Counted from the whole stretch's first letter, positions 1-13,640 are shown. The stretch: 63,489 nt of DNA, filler included, from Nemertoderma westbladi (GCA_032718475.1; 4 parts of 4 records of this genome joined end to end with filler, not necessarily neighbours in it); one strand, 5' to 3'. Notes: generated from the sequence alone by a model not told the origin. Translations and numbers: made by a program.

Positions 1-449
1 AATACAATAATGCCAACGCAAACGTTAATTTAGTCCCGTTTTTAGAAAAAAACAACTGAAGCACCAATGCGTTCAGGGCGTGTGATCGGATATCAATATA
101 AATTTCAACTATTTTTGGAAGCATTATCGCATTTATCACGCACAATTTATATTTTTAACTAATTATTGATACTAAACGATATTATTACACCGTTCCCAAA
201 ATTAATATTGCGCGATTATCATAATTGAAAACCAACGGAATATAATAAATAGTTTATTGTATCTATTATTAGCAGTGAGTTAATACGCCAGTTAACTTTC
301 TTTCAGTATAAATTATCTGAGAGGGTAGCTGTTTCCATAACGACATCCAATGACTGCAACGCATTAAACTAATATAGTTGAGTAAAGCACCAATCGTTGT
401 TAATCCAAAATGACAGGAGGTGGGGTCTTTAGGTTGAATTCGATTTGGG

Positions 450-512
450 TTATCTATTTTTCAGTTCAATGGCTTTGTTTAGGATTACTTGAATATCCGT
501 GTCGGGATAATT
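450..512 (-). CDS. TBC1D13: TBC1D13-like RabGAP, last coding exon (NYPDTDIQVILNKAIELKNR*)
   Basis: Follows a ttttttAG acceptor, phase 0, and ends in TAA. Resembles the TBC1D13 C-terminus (DYPITDVCQILQKAKEL, as recalled). Confidence 0.88.
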   Translation of the reverse strand, partial: NYPDTDIQVILNKAIELKNR

Positions 513-1772
513 CTAAAAAAAAGATTAATAAATAAGAATACGGTAAGTAATTAAAGGTTTTATTTCATTTACGGCATTTTACATGGAGGAAGTGATATAT
601 TAAGTTTCAGTATTTTACATATTTTTGTATAACAAAGTTAAGGTCCCATTCTGAATCTATTAATTAATTTTAGTCTGCCAGTTGATGAGTTGAAGTACCG
701 GCAACTTAAATAAACAGTAAACGGACCGACGCACACATTGAATGCGGGGGGACCACAGCCCAGTCCCATCACAGTTAAAGGGCAACAAGCAAGTGAGGCG
801 GGCAACTTAGCTAAGTGAATTGTTGAACATATGGGCCCTAGGAGGTGGGGGGCAGGTTAACACTCATGGTGGTGTGGGATGGGGGGGGGGGGGGGGGGTA
901 TAAGGCTAGCGAAATGGGTGTCCTTTGAATTCCTAACCCGCTAGAGCGTGCCAAACAGGAGTGTGTATGCAGCGGCCCAGAGCTAATTCAATAAAAGAGA
1001 AGGCAACACAGGCTGTTTACCCAGGCGCCTGGAGGAATACAGATCGCTGCGACAGAGTTACCTACGGTTCAGAGATTTAACGGGTAGCATTTAACCACGA
1101 TTCGAGGTAAAACTGAAACCGGTCACGCTAGGTCCTGTGCACAACACCTACAGCGAATCTATATAACTGTTTTACTGCCTAAACGGTTCAATGAGTGCCG
1201 AATAAAGTGCCCCCACTGGGAAATACAAGTAGTGAGAGAGTAGACTAACACAGGGAATTACTAAGACAAAACGTTTCTACCTCATTTTATCTTCAGCTAC
1301 CAAAACTCACCTCTTATTAGTAAGTAAATATACGAGTTACAGTCTCAGATTATTAAGCTACCCACCAAAACTCACCCTGTATATGGGTGCGCAAAGATAA
1401 GTGGTTGCGTTCGAAGGGGAGTGAATGTTAGGAACAATTGATGTTTTTGTCTCTGCTCGACAAAAGGAGAGAGATTTGGGCAGAAAAATAATTCAAGTAG
1501 GTAGCAGATAGTCGTTCTTAGATAGATCGCAGTAATGGATAGATAAAAGTTATTCACTAGAGTTCAGATAATATAAGAAACTTTGTGTCCCTCTATTTTA
1601 TGTGGAAAAGAAAAAAACATGCAAGAGATAAAAAAAATAATTGACATCTCTTTGTTAAATAAATTCACTTTAGATGGGAACCTCGCGAAATCGTAGCTAT
1701 TGATAAATAATATCTAATTTGGAAACGAATACAGAATAAAGCTAAATGTAAGTACCGGTACTGGTGACGAAC

Positions 1773-1912
1773 CTGTAGGACCTTCATGGATATAGAGAAG
1801 TCGTCTTCTAAGATTCGTTGTTTCTGTAGGAGAACCATGGAACAGCAAACAAACACGAGGAATTCAAAACGCTGAGAGTCCGCTAACAGGGAATCCCACA
1901 GCCGAATTACAT
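1773..1912 (-). CDS. TBC1D13: TBC1D13-like exon (DVIRLWDSLLADSQRFEFLVFVCCSMVLLQKQRILEDDFSISMKVLQ)
   Basis: Bounded by AG/GT, and phases match both neighbouring exons. Carries the TBC-domain 'IRLWD' motif. Confidence 0.92.
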
Positions 1913-2356
1913 CTAAAATACAATTTCGGTTGGAAATACTAAATAAAACCTCATCAAATCAGCGACCGTTAATATTATTAAGGATACAGGGTTCACGAAT
2001 CAAAATCAAATCAATTAGATTCAATAATAACACTGAATTATGTAAACGTCAAAAGCGTTTCTGTGATATCATTACATCTAAATAATTTGTCTTTGATTTT
2101 GATTCGTGAATACCATTTTAGGGAGTAAAGTACAGAGAAACGAAAAGTATTGAATTTCATCACGTCAAATTTTTCTTATTAAGCAAAACATTTTTAGCCT
2201 CAAAGTTGACTGCGATCCAATATGTAGGAACAAAATAGGAAGCTTTATATTTATACCGACTTAGAAACAATCGAACTGACTGTATAAAGCATTTATAACA
2301 GTCTAAGGCTTCGCACAACACTAAAGTCAGTTAGAACCTTGTTATTATTATCTTAC

Positions 2357-2474
2357 CTGGTAATGGGAATTCTTGGGATAATAATAAAGTTAACCAACGG
2401 AACCCAAAGTATTGGGGTTTAATCCCCTGTTTGTCCATCGCCAACCAAACAGATACGTCTCTACTCTTTACTAT
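2357..2474 (-). CDS. TBC1D13: TBC1D13-like exon (IVKSRDVSVWLAMDKQGIKPQYFGFRWLTLLLSQEFPLP)
   Basis: ttttAG acceptor and GTAAGA donor. FRWLTLLLSQEF is a conserved TBC1D13 motif. Not in the ORF track; translated by hand. Confidence 0.93.
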
Positions 2475-2550
2475 CTAAAACACAATATGAAAAAATACAA
2501 CATGAAACTAAAACGTCTGTTTATACAAACACAACATGAAACTAAGAAAT

Positions 2551-2850
2551 GTCGCAGTGTTCGAGTGGATACAGACCCGAACTGCTTTTACAAGAGTGTG
2601 TCGTGGCGCAGGTTCAAATCCAACTAAAGGCTGTACAATATCGCATTGTTGTTTCTCTAAGTACGACACTTTGACAGTAGTGCTTACCCAAACCCAACGG
2701 GAACCTTGCTTCCGCTGGGGGAGTAAAAAAAGGGTTGGATAGTTGTGAGGTACATAGTTCAGTGCGCCCATCCCTGCTTTATAGGTAACAGCCAAGAGAG
2801 AGGAGCCTTCGGGTTGCCTACAGTGGTTTGTGTTTCACACATTTACCGAT
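2551..2850 (+). mobile_element. tRNA-derived SINE-like element (3' end approximate)
   Basis: A-box-like gtgttcgagtgg, B-box GGTTCAAATCC at 2611-2621, then a non-tRNA body containing ctgggggagtaaa, which resembles the other SINEs here. Confidence 0.5.
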
Positions 2851-2984
2851 CGCTTTTATCGCGATGTAAACGCCTATACAAACACGATATAAAACGATTC
2901 AATGTGAACGAAGACCTTAAGTATTAATTAACGTAGGCGAGACGGATATGAGAACTAGCGCGCCTTCGTATAATGAAACGAAGT

Positions 2985-5900
2985 TCCAGGAAGAGCGATC
3001 TGATCAACTCTCTACGAAGTTACAGGAAGGGCGATCAACTCTCTACGAAGTTACAGGAAGGGCGATCAACTCTCTACGAAGTTACAGGAAGGGCGATCAA
3101 CTCTCTACGAAGTTACAGGAAGGGCGATCAACTCTCTACGAAGTTACAGGAAGGGCGATCAACTCTCTACGAAGTTACAGGAAGGGCGATCAACTCTCTA
3201 CAAAGTTACAGGAAGGGCGATCAACTCTCTACGAAGTTACAGAAGGGCGATCAACTCTCTACGAAGTTACAGAAGGGCGATCAACTCTCTACGAAGTTAC
3301 AGGAAGGGCGATCAACTCTCTACGAAGTTACAGGAAAGACGATCTGATCAACTCTCTACGAAGTTACAGGAAGAGCGATCAACTCTCTACGAAGTTACAG
3401 GAAAGGCGATCAACTCTCTACGAAGTTACAGGAAGGGCGATCAACTCTCTACGAAGTTACAGGAAGAGCGATCAACTCTCTACGAAGTTACAGGAAAGGC
3501 GATCAACTCTCTACGAAGTTACAGGAAGGGCGATCAACTCTCTACGAAGTTACAGGAAGGGCGATCAACTCTCTACGAAGTTACAGGAAAGGCGATCAAC
3601 TCTCTACGACGTTACAGGAAGGGCGATCAACTCTCTACGAAGTTACAGGAAGGGCGATCAACTCTCTACGAAGTTACAGGAAAGACGATCTGATCAACTC
3701 TCTACGAAGTTACAGGAAGAGCGATCAACTCTCTACGAAGTTACAGGAAAGGCGATCAACTCTCTACGAAGTTACAGGAAGGGCGATCAACTCTCTACGA
3801 AGTTACAGGAAGAGCGATCAACTCTCTACGAAGTTACAGGAAAGGCGATCAACTCTCTACGAAGTTACAGGAAGGGCGATCAACTCTCTACGAAGTTACA
3901 GGAAGGGCGATCAACTCTCTACGAAGTTACAGGAAAGGCGATCAACTCTCTACGAAGTTACAGGAAGGGCGATCAACTCTCTACGAAGTTACAGGAAGAG
4001 CGATCAACTCTCTACGAAGTTACAGGAAGGGCGATCAACTCTCTACGAAGTTACAGGAAGGGCGATCAACTCTCTACGAAGTTACAGGAAGGGCGATCAA
4101 CTCTCTACGAAGTTACAGGAAGGGCGATCAACTCTCTACGAAGTTACAGGAAGGGCGATCAACTCTCTACGAAGTTACAGGAAGGGCGATCAACTCTCTA
4201 CGAAGTTACAGGAAGGGCGATCAACTATCTACGAAGTTACAGGAAGGGCGATCAACTCTCTACGAAGTTACAGGAAGGGCGATCAACTCTCTACGAAGTT
4301 ACAGAAGGGCGATCAACTCTCTACGAAGTTACAGGAAGGGCGATCAACTCCCTACGAAGTTACAGGAAGGGCGATCAACTCTCTACGAAGTTACAGGAAG
4401 GGCGATCAACTCTCTACGAAGTTACAGGAAGGGCGATCAACTCTCTACGAAGTTACAGGAAGGGCGATCAACTCTCTACGAAGTTACAGGAAGGGCGATC
4501 AACTCTCTACGAAGTTACAGGAAGGGCGATCAACTCTCTACGAAGTTACAGAAGGGCGATCAACTCTCTACGAAGTTACAGGAAGGGCGATCAACTCTCT
4601 ACGAAGTTACAGGAAGGGCGATCAACTCTCTACGAAGTTACAGGAAGGGCGATCAACTCTCTACGAAGTTACAGAAGGGCGATCAACACTCTACGAAGTT
4701 ACAGGAAGGGCGATCAACTCTCTACGAAGTTACAGGAAGGGCGATCAACTCTCTACGAAGTTACAGGAAGGGCGATCAACTCTCTACGAAGTTACAGGAA
4801 GGGCGATCAACTCTCTATGAAGTTACAGAAGGGCGATCAACTATCTACGAAGTTACAGGAAGGGCAATCAACTCTCTACGAAGTTACAGGAAGGGCGATC
4901 AACACTCTACGAAGTTACAGGAAGGGCGATCAACTCTCTACGAAGTTACAGGAAGGGCGATCAACTCTCTACGAAGTTACAGGAAGGGCGATCAACTCTC
5001 TACGAAGTTACAGGAAGGGCGATCAACTCTCTACGAAGTTACAGGAAGGGCGATCAACTCTCTACGAAGTTACAGGAAGGGCGATCAACTCTCTACGAAG
5101 TTACAGGAAGGGCGATCAACTCTCTACGAAGTTACAGGAAGGGCGATCAACTCTCTACGAAGTTACAGGAAGGGTGATCAACTCTCTACGAAGTTACAGG
5201 AAGGGCGATCAACTCTCTACGAAGTTACAGGAAGGGCGATCAACTCTCTACGAAGTTAGAGGAAGGGCGATCAACTCTCTACGAAGTTACAGGAAGGGCG
5301 ATCAACTCTCTACGAAGTTACAGGAAGGGCGATCAACTCTCTACGAAGTTACAGGAAGGGCGATCAACTCTCTACGAAGTTACAGGAAGGGCGATCAACT
5401 CTCTACGAAGTTACAGGAAGGGCGATCAACTCTCTACGAAGTTACAGGAAGGGCGATCAACTCTCTACGAAGTTACAGGAAGGGCGATCAACTCTCTACG
5501 AAGTTAGAGGAAGGGCGATCAACTCTCTACGAAGTTACAGGAAGGGCGATCAACTCTCTACGAAGTTACATGAAGGGCGATCAACTCTCTACGAAGTTAC
5601 AGGAAGGGCGATCAACTCTCTACGAAGTTACAGAAGGGCGATCAACTCTCTACGAAGTTACAGGAAGGGCGATCAACTCTCTACGAAGTTACAGGAAGGG
5701 CGATCAACTCTCTACGAAGTTACAGGAAGGGCGATCAACTCTCTACGAAGTTACAGAAGGGCGATCAACACTCTACGAAGTTACAGGAAGGGCGATCAAC
5801 TCTCTACGAAGTTACAGGAAGGGCGATCAACTCTCTACGAAGTTACAGGAAGGGCGATCAACTCTCTACGAAGTTACAGGAAGGGCGATCAACTCTCTAC

Positions 5901-7327
5901 GAAGTTACAGGAAGGGCGATCAATTCTCTACGAAGTTACAGGAAGGGCGATCAACTCTCTACGAAGTTACAGGAAGGGCGATCAACTCTCTACGAAGTTA
6001 CAGGAAGGGCGATCAACTCTCTATGAAGTTACAGAAGGGCGATCAACTATCTACGAAGTTACAGGAAGGGCAATCAACTCTCTACGAAGTTACAGGAAGG
6101 GCGATCAACACTCTACGAAGTTACAGGAAGGGCGATCAACTCTCTACGAAGTTACAGGAAGGGCGATCAACTCTCTACGAAGTTACAGGAAGGGCGATCA
6201 ACTCTCTACGAAGTTACAGGAAGGGCGATCAACTCTCTACGAAGTTACAGGAAGGGCGATCAACTCTCTACGAAGTTAGAGGAAGGGCGATCAACTCTCT
6301 ACGAAGTTACAGGAAGGGCGATCAACTCTCTACGAAGTTACAGGAAGGGCGATCAACTCTCTACGAAGTTACAGGAAGGGCGATCAACTCTCTACGAAGT
6401 TACAGGAAGGGCGATCAACTCTCTACGAAGTTACAGGAAGGGCGATCAACTCTCTACGAAGTTACAGGAAGGGCGATCAACTCTCTACGAAGTTACAGGA
6501 AGGGCGATCAACTCTCTACGAAGTTAGAGGAAGGGCGATCAACTCTCTACGAAGTTACAGGAAGGGCGATCAACTCTCTACGAAGTTACAGGAAGGGCGA
6601 TCAACTCTCTACGAAGTTACAGGAAGGGCGATCAACTCTCTACGAAGTTACAGGAAGGGCGATCAACTCTCTACGAAGTTACAGGAAGGGCGATCAACTC
6701 TCTACGAAGTTACAGGAAGGGCGATTAACTCTACGAAGTTACAGGAAGGGCGATCAACTCTCTACGAAGTTACAGGAAGGGCGATCAACTCTACGAAGTT
6801 ACAGGAAGGGCGATCAACTCTCTACGAAGTTACAGGAAGGGCGATCAACTCTCTACGAAGTTACAGGAAGGGCGATCAACTCTCTATGAAGTTACAGGAA
6901 GGGCGATCAACTCTCTACGAAGTTACAGGAAGGGCGATCAACTCTCTACGAAGTTACAGGAAGGGCGATCAACTCTACGAAGTTACAGGAAGGGCGATCA
7001 ACTCTCTACGAAGTTACAGGAAGGGCGATCAACTCTACGAAGTTACAGGAAGGGCGATCAACTCTCTACGAAGTTACAGAAGGGCGATCAACTCTCTATG
7101 AAGTTACAGGAAGGGCGATCAACTCTCTACGAAGTTACAGGAAGGGCGATCAACTCTCTACGAAGTTACAGGAAGGGCGATCAACTCTACGAAGTTACAG
7201 GAAGGGCGATCAACTCTCTACGAAGTTACAGGAAGGGCGATCAACTCTCTACGAAGTTACAGGAAGGGCGATCAACTCTCTACGAAGTTATAGAAGGGCG
7301 ATCAACTCTCTACGAAATTACAGGAAG
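2985..7327. repeat. 31-bp minisatellite, about 140 copies (GATCAACTCTCTACGAAGTTACAGGAAGGGC), inside a TBC1D13 intron
   Basis: Directly visible, highly homogeneous, with 29/30/35-bp variants. Confidence 0.99.
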
Positions 7328-7559
7328 ATTACTGTAACCTGATCTATTGTGTTTAATTTATTGTTTTGGTTACAATAACGTGCCACTGTAACCTGCTCCT
7401 TTCCCTAACTTGAAATTAAATATTGAGGCGGGATATTAATTCGCCAAGATGGGATTTACGTCCAGTTCCATCCCCTGTCTCCCAAAGTGAATCCCTTTTC
7501 CCCGGGGAGACAAATAAATAAGTGGACTGTTCCCCTCTGGTTGTTCCAGTGTAGGGCCT

Positions 7560-8820
7560 TGTATTACTTGGATAACTTACTTGTATTACTTGGAGAACTT
7601 GCCTGAATTTACTTAGAGAACTTACTTGACAATATTACTTCCATTACTTAATGAACTTACTTGTATTACTTGGCGAACAACTTACTTGCATTACTTGGAT
7701 AACTTACTTGTATTACTTGGAGAACTTACTTGCATTAGTTGGCGAACAACTTACTTGCATTACTTGGATAACTTACTAGTATTACTTGGCGAACTTACTT
7801 GCATTACTTGGATAACTTACTTGTATTACTTGGAGAACTTACTTGCATTAGTTGGCGAACAACTTACTTGCATTACTTGGATAACTTACTAGTATTACTT
7901 GGCGAACTTACTTGCATTAGTTGGCGAACAACTTACTTGCATTACTTGGATAACTTACTAGTATTACTTGGCGAACTTACTTGCATTACTTGGATAACTT
8001 ACTTGTATTACTTGGAGAACTTGCCTGAATTTACTTAGAGAACTTACTTGACAATATTACTTCCATTACTTAATGAACTTACTTGTATTACTTGGCGAAC
8101 AACTTACTTGCATTACTTGGATAACTTACTTGTATTACTTGGAGAACTTACTTGTATTACTTGGCGAACAACTTACTTGCATTACTTGGATAACTTACTT
8201 GTATTACTTGGAGAACTTACTTGCATTAGTTGGCGAACAACTTACTTGCATTACTTGGATAACTTACTAGTATTACTTGGCGAACTTACTTGCATTACTT
8301 GGATAACTTACTTGTATTACTTGGAGAACTTACTTGCATTAGTTGGCGAACAACTTACTTGCATTACTTGGATAACTTACTAGTATTACTTGGCGAACTT
8401 ACTTGCATTAGTTGGCGAACAACTTACTTGCATTACTTGGATAACTTACTTGTATTACTTGGAGAACTTACTTGCATTACTTGGATAACTTACTAGTATT
8501 ACTTGGCGAACTTACTTGCATTAGTTGGCGAACAACTTACTTGCATTACTTGGATAACTTACTTGTATTAGTTGGAGAACTTACTTGCATTACTTGGATA
8601 ACTTACTAGTATTACTTGGCGAACTTACTTGCATTAGTTGGCGAACAACTTACTTGCATTACTTGGATAACTTACTTGTATTACTTGGAGAACTTACTTG
8701 CATTACTTGGATAACTTACTAGTATTACTTGGCGAACTTACTTGCATTAGTTGGCGAACAACTTACTTGCATTACTTGGATAACTTACTTGTATTACTTG
8801 GCGAACTTACTTGCATTAGT
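7560..8820. repeat. Composite 22/25-bp minisatellite built from the TBC1D13 exon end plus 5' splice site
   Basis: Units contain acttacttgcatta (minus strand TAATGCAA|GTAAGT). An internal block is duplicated with a ~422-bp offset. Confidence 0.97.
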
Positions 8821-8935
8821 TTAGTCATAAGGAAACCGATGCCCACTTGACTGTTGTCGCACGATTTAATGAAGTTGTCCCTAATCTCCGACATAAGATT
8901 CATAAAACAGAAGAAAGCGTCAGCCTCCGCGTGTT
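8811..8935 (-). CDS. TBC1D13: TBC1D13-like exon (EHAEADAFFCFMNLMSEIRDNFIKSCDNSQVGIGFLMTKLMQ)
   Basis: tttctAG acceptor and GTAAGT donor. Close to TBC1D13 EHAEADTFFCFTNLMAEIRDNFIKS. Phase 0 joins exon 2357-2474. Confidence 0.94.
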
Positions 8936-10333
8936 CTAGAAATAAAATATAAACATATTTAATTCTATAAACATATTTAAAGAAGCACGTTGATTGAGTG
9001 TAAGTAGAGTAATATCGAGACAATAGAGCCAGAACAACTAACAATAACCACAATTAAAAAAAAAACATTATTACACCAAAATAACGCAAGATGGCGTTAT
9101 GAATCATGTATTAAAATCGTAGAGCCTTATAATGGTTCATTTAGAAGATAATAGGAGAACGAGAACAACCCACACAATATTAATATTATTAAATATTAGA
9201 GGTAAAACAATCCACATAACATAAACCCAAGCCATGGAAATGGCTTGTTCCATTGTTCTATCTCTCTGAAAAAATCCCGGATGCAAAACAACCCACACAG
9301 CTAAGGCGTAATATTAATATTCATGTCTTATTGTTCTCCCTGTCTGAAAAATAACAAAAAAATCATATATTTTCTTTTAAATATTATATTCTCATAGGCA
9401 GCCCCTATTTGAGAATTTCTCATTGTATCTTCCCAGACATCTGTCCAAAAAATTAGGTGACGGGATGGGATCCATACTGAGGCAAATGTTTTTTTTAAGT
9501 TTTTCTCGAAACAATACCTTTTGGTAAGTGTTGTTCTGGCACTATGGTCACGATGTAATCAGTTGCCTGTTAATGTTTGTCTTAAATTTCAAAACATCAT
9601 AGCCAATTAATAAAATATAAAATAAAAGAACAAACACTACCAGCATATACAGTACCAGTGTAGTACTGTAGTACATGTGATGAAAATCTATTCCGCGAAT
9701 ATTTTTCAGACGCCCAACTGACAAAGTAGATAACAAAAAATTACCCCCGACTAACAATAACTGCCTATACCTATTATCCAATAAAAAAAGTAATCAGAAA
9801 CACCGCTTTTTACACTCATTTTCAGTTTAGAGAAATTCAACTATTCTGTCCGCCCGAATGGTTGAGTTTTACACGAGTTGGCAAGTTTTTAGAATGTTAA
9901 CGAGTAGAAAACTCAAATCACGATGGCAGAATATCTGAATTTCGCTGAAGAAAATGAGTGGAAAAGATTGTCTTTGGTACGTTTTATATCGAATATATTG
10001 TTATATTTGAAAAAAAGTATCACCAGTGTTAAAACCCCATTAAAATTGTGCAGCACTTCCAAATCGTCACGAAGGATGTTACTATTACTGTATTAGGCCT
10101 ATGTGCCTACAAGGTCCGGTACTTCTCGCCGCCATTCTGCTGGATTGGGCGGACCTATTCAAGTAGGCATAACCTAACCGTATCATGATGGTACTTGTCA
10201 TTAGGCCCTGCCCTCATTATGATAGTACTTGTACAATAGGCCCTACTATGTAATGTACTACTGTCTTACTGTTTACAAACACCGCACTATCCAAGTACCA
10301 GTTACTCCTTTTTCCCATTGTATTCTATACCCT

Positions 10334-11627
10334 GTGGGGCGAGCCACGAAGTGAGTGAGCCTTAGCGTAGTGGTACCATTAATCAACCTGTCGTTCTGTC
10401 GCTCTGTCGTTCTGTCGTTCTGTCGTTCTGTCGTGTTCAATTTTAAACGTTAATAACTCGGCCAATCTTTGATGAAATCTATCCAAACTTGGTACACATG
10501 TTGTATGGCAAAAGTTTAGAAATTTTCCAAGTAGAATTTCCGTGTGGCCTTCGAGAAGCTAAGATAATAGCAGTTAATTAGTTAATTAAGTTGATTACGG
10601 TAAAAACACCATTTTCAACCTGCCTTTTAAAGGAAATTAATTGTTTTACAGTATAAGACTTCAATAATTATACTTAAAAAATATACAGATGTAATCCGCA
10701 TACTCCATTCTATTATAGTTTTTAATTAGTTCAAGTGATTTGCTTTAATAATCGTGTCTTTAATTGATCTAAAGTAATTAAACCGGCATAAAAAATGTAT
10801 TCTCATTAAATACTGCTCATTTATTGGTTAACATCCAAGTTGGCTTGATTCCCAGCAACACTTGAGGTATTCAGTCAGCCTGCTGCTGCTGCTAGTAGCC
10901 ATCCATTCACTCACTCTCCATTGAACTGGCTGATTGGAGGTGTGTGTGTATCGGGTTCAATGACATTAATATTATTACTAAAGTAACGTCGGGATGTTAA
11001 TATTCACTGGAGCTATGAGTCTCTCTGGTTAGTTGAATGAATGAAATAAATAATTGTTTTACTGTTCCGAATATCAATGTTTATTTCTGTAGGCCAACTT
11101 ACTGTATTATTATTTAATCTAAATGTACATAATAGTTTAAATAAATTATTTCACAATTTCATTCCAATTCATACTGCTTACGCAACCATGCTAATTAGGT
11201 ATATTAAATGGCAGGATTGTTTTTAATTAAAATTTTTACAGAGCAAACAAGTATATTGTATTTAACTGAAAGTTAATTTATTTCGGTAAGTAGGCCTTGC
11301 GGTTTGTTAGTTTAGTTAGTATAATAAGTATCAAATATATTACGTGCTGCTGTACAGTAAACGCGGCTTTGCGTTATTGAATTACAGAATTGGCGGTACA
11401 AAGTACATTAATAGGGATCAGGCATATTGCATTTATATAATTGTTGTTGTAAATGTACAATAATATGCGCCACTTTTATTTTAGTAACTGCAATGTGTAT
11501 TTCATTTGTACCTGCAACCGATTGATTGGTGGTGTGGGTAAATTTCTCAAAACCTGATTTTGTGATACAGTCGCTTAATTTTAATTTGTATCTCATAACT
11601 GGACCTCGTGCTGCGCGAAGGCCCCAC
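10334..11627 (+). mobile_element. Non-autonomous Helentron/DINE-1-like element
   Basis: Ends gtggggcgagccacgaag ... gctgcgcgaaggccccac, with a (CTGTCGTT)n microsatellite near the left end. The same ends recur at 39055-39077, 41749-43016 and about 47750-47997. Confidence 0.55.
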
Positions 11628-12186
11628 GAACGTGTCAGTACCTGTATCGCAGGGGTCTAAATTCCGTACCGGTCCCGGTATTAACAATTTACTTTCATTC
11701 TTGACTAATTTTTTACTTTTCTAAACTAATTTCTGGAAATTTGTCAAACAAAGTTATATTAATTCACTATTTTGTTTTAAATATTAGTGAAAAAAAGGGG
11801 ATTTTCAAATAAAAGTATAACTAACCAATGGATTAACAAACTACTCGATTGGTAAATAAATCATTAATGAATGCAACCCAAGGTTTAACCACCACATGGG
11901 TAAACACCACATGTTGGGACGTTGTCCACTTTGAAGCAGACTAAATCACATCATTAATACCTCATCAGCATAATTAGCCTTTCAGTTTAAAATAACATAC
12001 TCCAATAATTACCTTCATAGACAAGTCAATAATCCCAATTTGGCAATGCCGCAAGTTTAATGAGGGGATTTGGCAATTAATATAAGTAGATAGTTAGTTA
12101 TAATTAAATTTTATTTAGTAAAACCAATCTAAGTTTTAACCCAAATAGGTTATAATTATTTAAAGGTGATTTTTGAAACTAAAATA

Positions 12187-12392
12187 ATGGGTGAGCTGTT
12201 AGAGTCAACCGTAACGCAAGGGAGTGTTAACTTGTTTGCTGAACAAATGAAAAAGCTGGTCAACAATCAAGACTTTAGTGATATAAAGTTTGTCGTCGGA
12301 AGTCAAAGGCAACTAATATATTCTCATAAATGTTTATTGAGCGCCAGATGTAAGGTGTTTCGAGCAATGTTTGAAGAACATACGGATATAAG
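12187..12392 (+). CDS. BTBD19: BTBD19-like BTB/BACK protein, exon 1
   Basis: ATG ... FSDIKFVVG ... HKCLLSARCKVFRAMF (BTB N-terminal half). AG|GTGAGC donor, phase 2. Confidence 0.85.
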
Positions 12393-12623
12393 GTGAGCAC
12401 AATATGTAAGGTGTTTCTATATATATAAAGTGCCACATTCAGCCATGGGGTGCGTAATTTTTTATCAAAATTTATCGACACCCAAATTTGACACAATACG
12501 TACCTACCATTACCTACCCTTAAAACCGTACGTACATTATACAGGACCTAATTGTACTTGAAACTGTAAGGGAGATCACAGACATTAGTGTAGGGGTGGG
12601 CCAAGTTTCCAAACCCTGTTTAA

Positions 12624-13360
12624 GGGGGGGGGGGGGGGGGGGTACACCATTTTGGTCCAAAATATGTCGAAATTTTTTTATGGTCTATTATAATGCACCA
12701 TTGAATGGTGTTTCCAAATCTGAAAACCGCTATTTAATAGCTCTTTTAGTTTTCAAGTTATAACAATTTCCATTTAGGGAATCCTATTGAAATTACTATT
12801 ACTATGTATAATGAAAGGTCGATTATCTCCAAATATTTTTTTTATGAAATTGTCAACTTCAAAACCCTACTACTTCTACAATTTTTGATCAATTAGTCTG
12901 AAACTTTCTGTGGGTGTCTACATAGCCACCCTGCATAAAAGTATCAGACAACTTTTCGAAATTATTTGTTAATAAAATTTAATACTATTTATAACAAACC
13001 TAAAAATTTGCATAAATTTGCAGCGCCACCTAGCGGTGCAGAATTATTTTCACAAAATTTCGCCTGATAGTTATGTTGCCCCATCTTTGATATATCATAT
13101 AAAAAAACTTTCATGTGATTAGATTCAAAACTGTAAAAGCCTTAGGGTTTTAAGCGCAACCAAGTTTTTTTTATTGTTAACTAGTATTAACTAATATTAA
13201 ATAGCGAAAAAATTTTTTTTTCTGACCTGTCATGTAGAATAGCATCTTAGGCCTACCTATATTCAAAATTTTAGCCAAAACCAAACAATTTTGAAACGCT
13301 GAGAGTGATAAATCGAAGAGTTGTTCGAAAATGGTGTACCCCCCCCCCCCCCCCCCCCCC
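12624..13360. mobile_element. Non-autonomous TIR element in BTBD19 intron 1
   Basis: Terminal inverted repeats (G)nTACACCATTTT ... AAAATGGTGTA(C)n; left end preceded by TTAA. Confidence 0.65.
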
Positions 13361-13435
13361 CATTTATCGAATCATTGTTTCTCGGTATATCAATGTTAAG
13401 AGTTAATACATGGGAGTTGATCTTTCTGTTTTTAG

Positions 13436-13640
13436 GGAGGATGTACCATTCGTGTTATCTGATATACACCCAGAGATATTCCTTGCCTTACTCGAATATA
13501 TTTACACTAATTGCTGCACCTTAAACCAAAAACTAGCCGTTGATGTCATGGCTATCGCCATAGAATACGGGTTGGACGATCTGAGAATGATGTGCGTCCA
13601 TTATATATCGGGGAACCAAAATGTTTCCGATGCGTGTCAG
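13436..13640 (+). CDS. BTBD19: BTBD19-like, exon 2
   Basis: ttttAG acceptor, phase-compatible. EDVPFVLSDIHPEIFLALLEYIYTN ... AIEYGLDDL (BTB C-terminal half). CAG|GTTGGT donor. Confidence 0.88.

Noticed and set aside
2948-7337. 1313-aa and smaller repetitive ORFs
   Set aside because: They are by-products of a stop-free 31-bp unit. Frequent 1-2-nt unit indels switch frames freely, and the array lies antisense in an intron.
9518-9566. AG/GT-bounded minus-strand segment encoding ATDYIVTIVPEQHLPK, reminiscent of TBC1D13 'RATDY'
   Set aside because: Only 4 residues match, and the conserved YVQGMNE exon that should follow it is absent. Likely coincidence.
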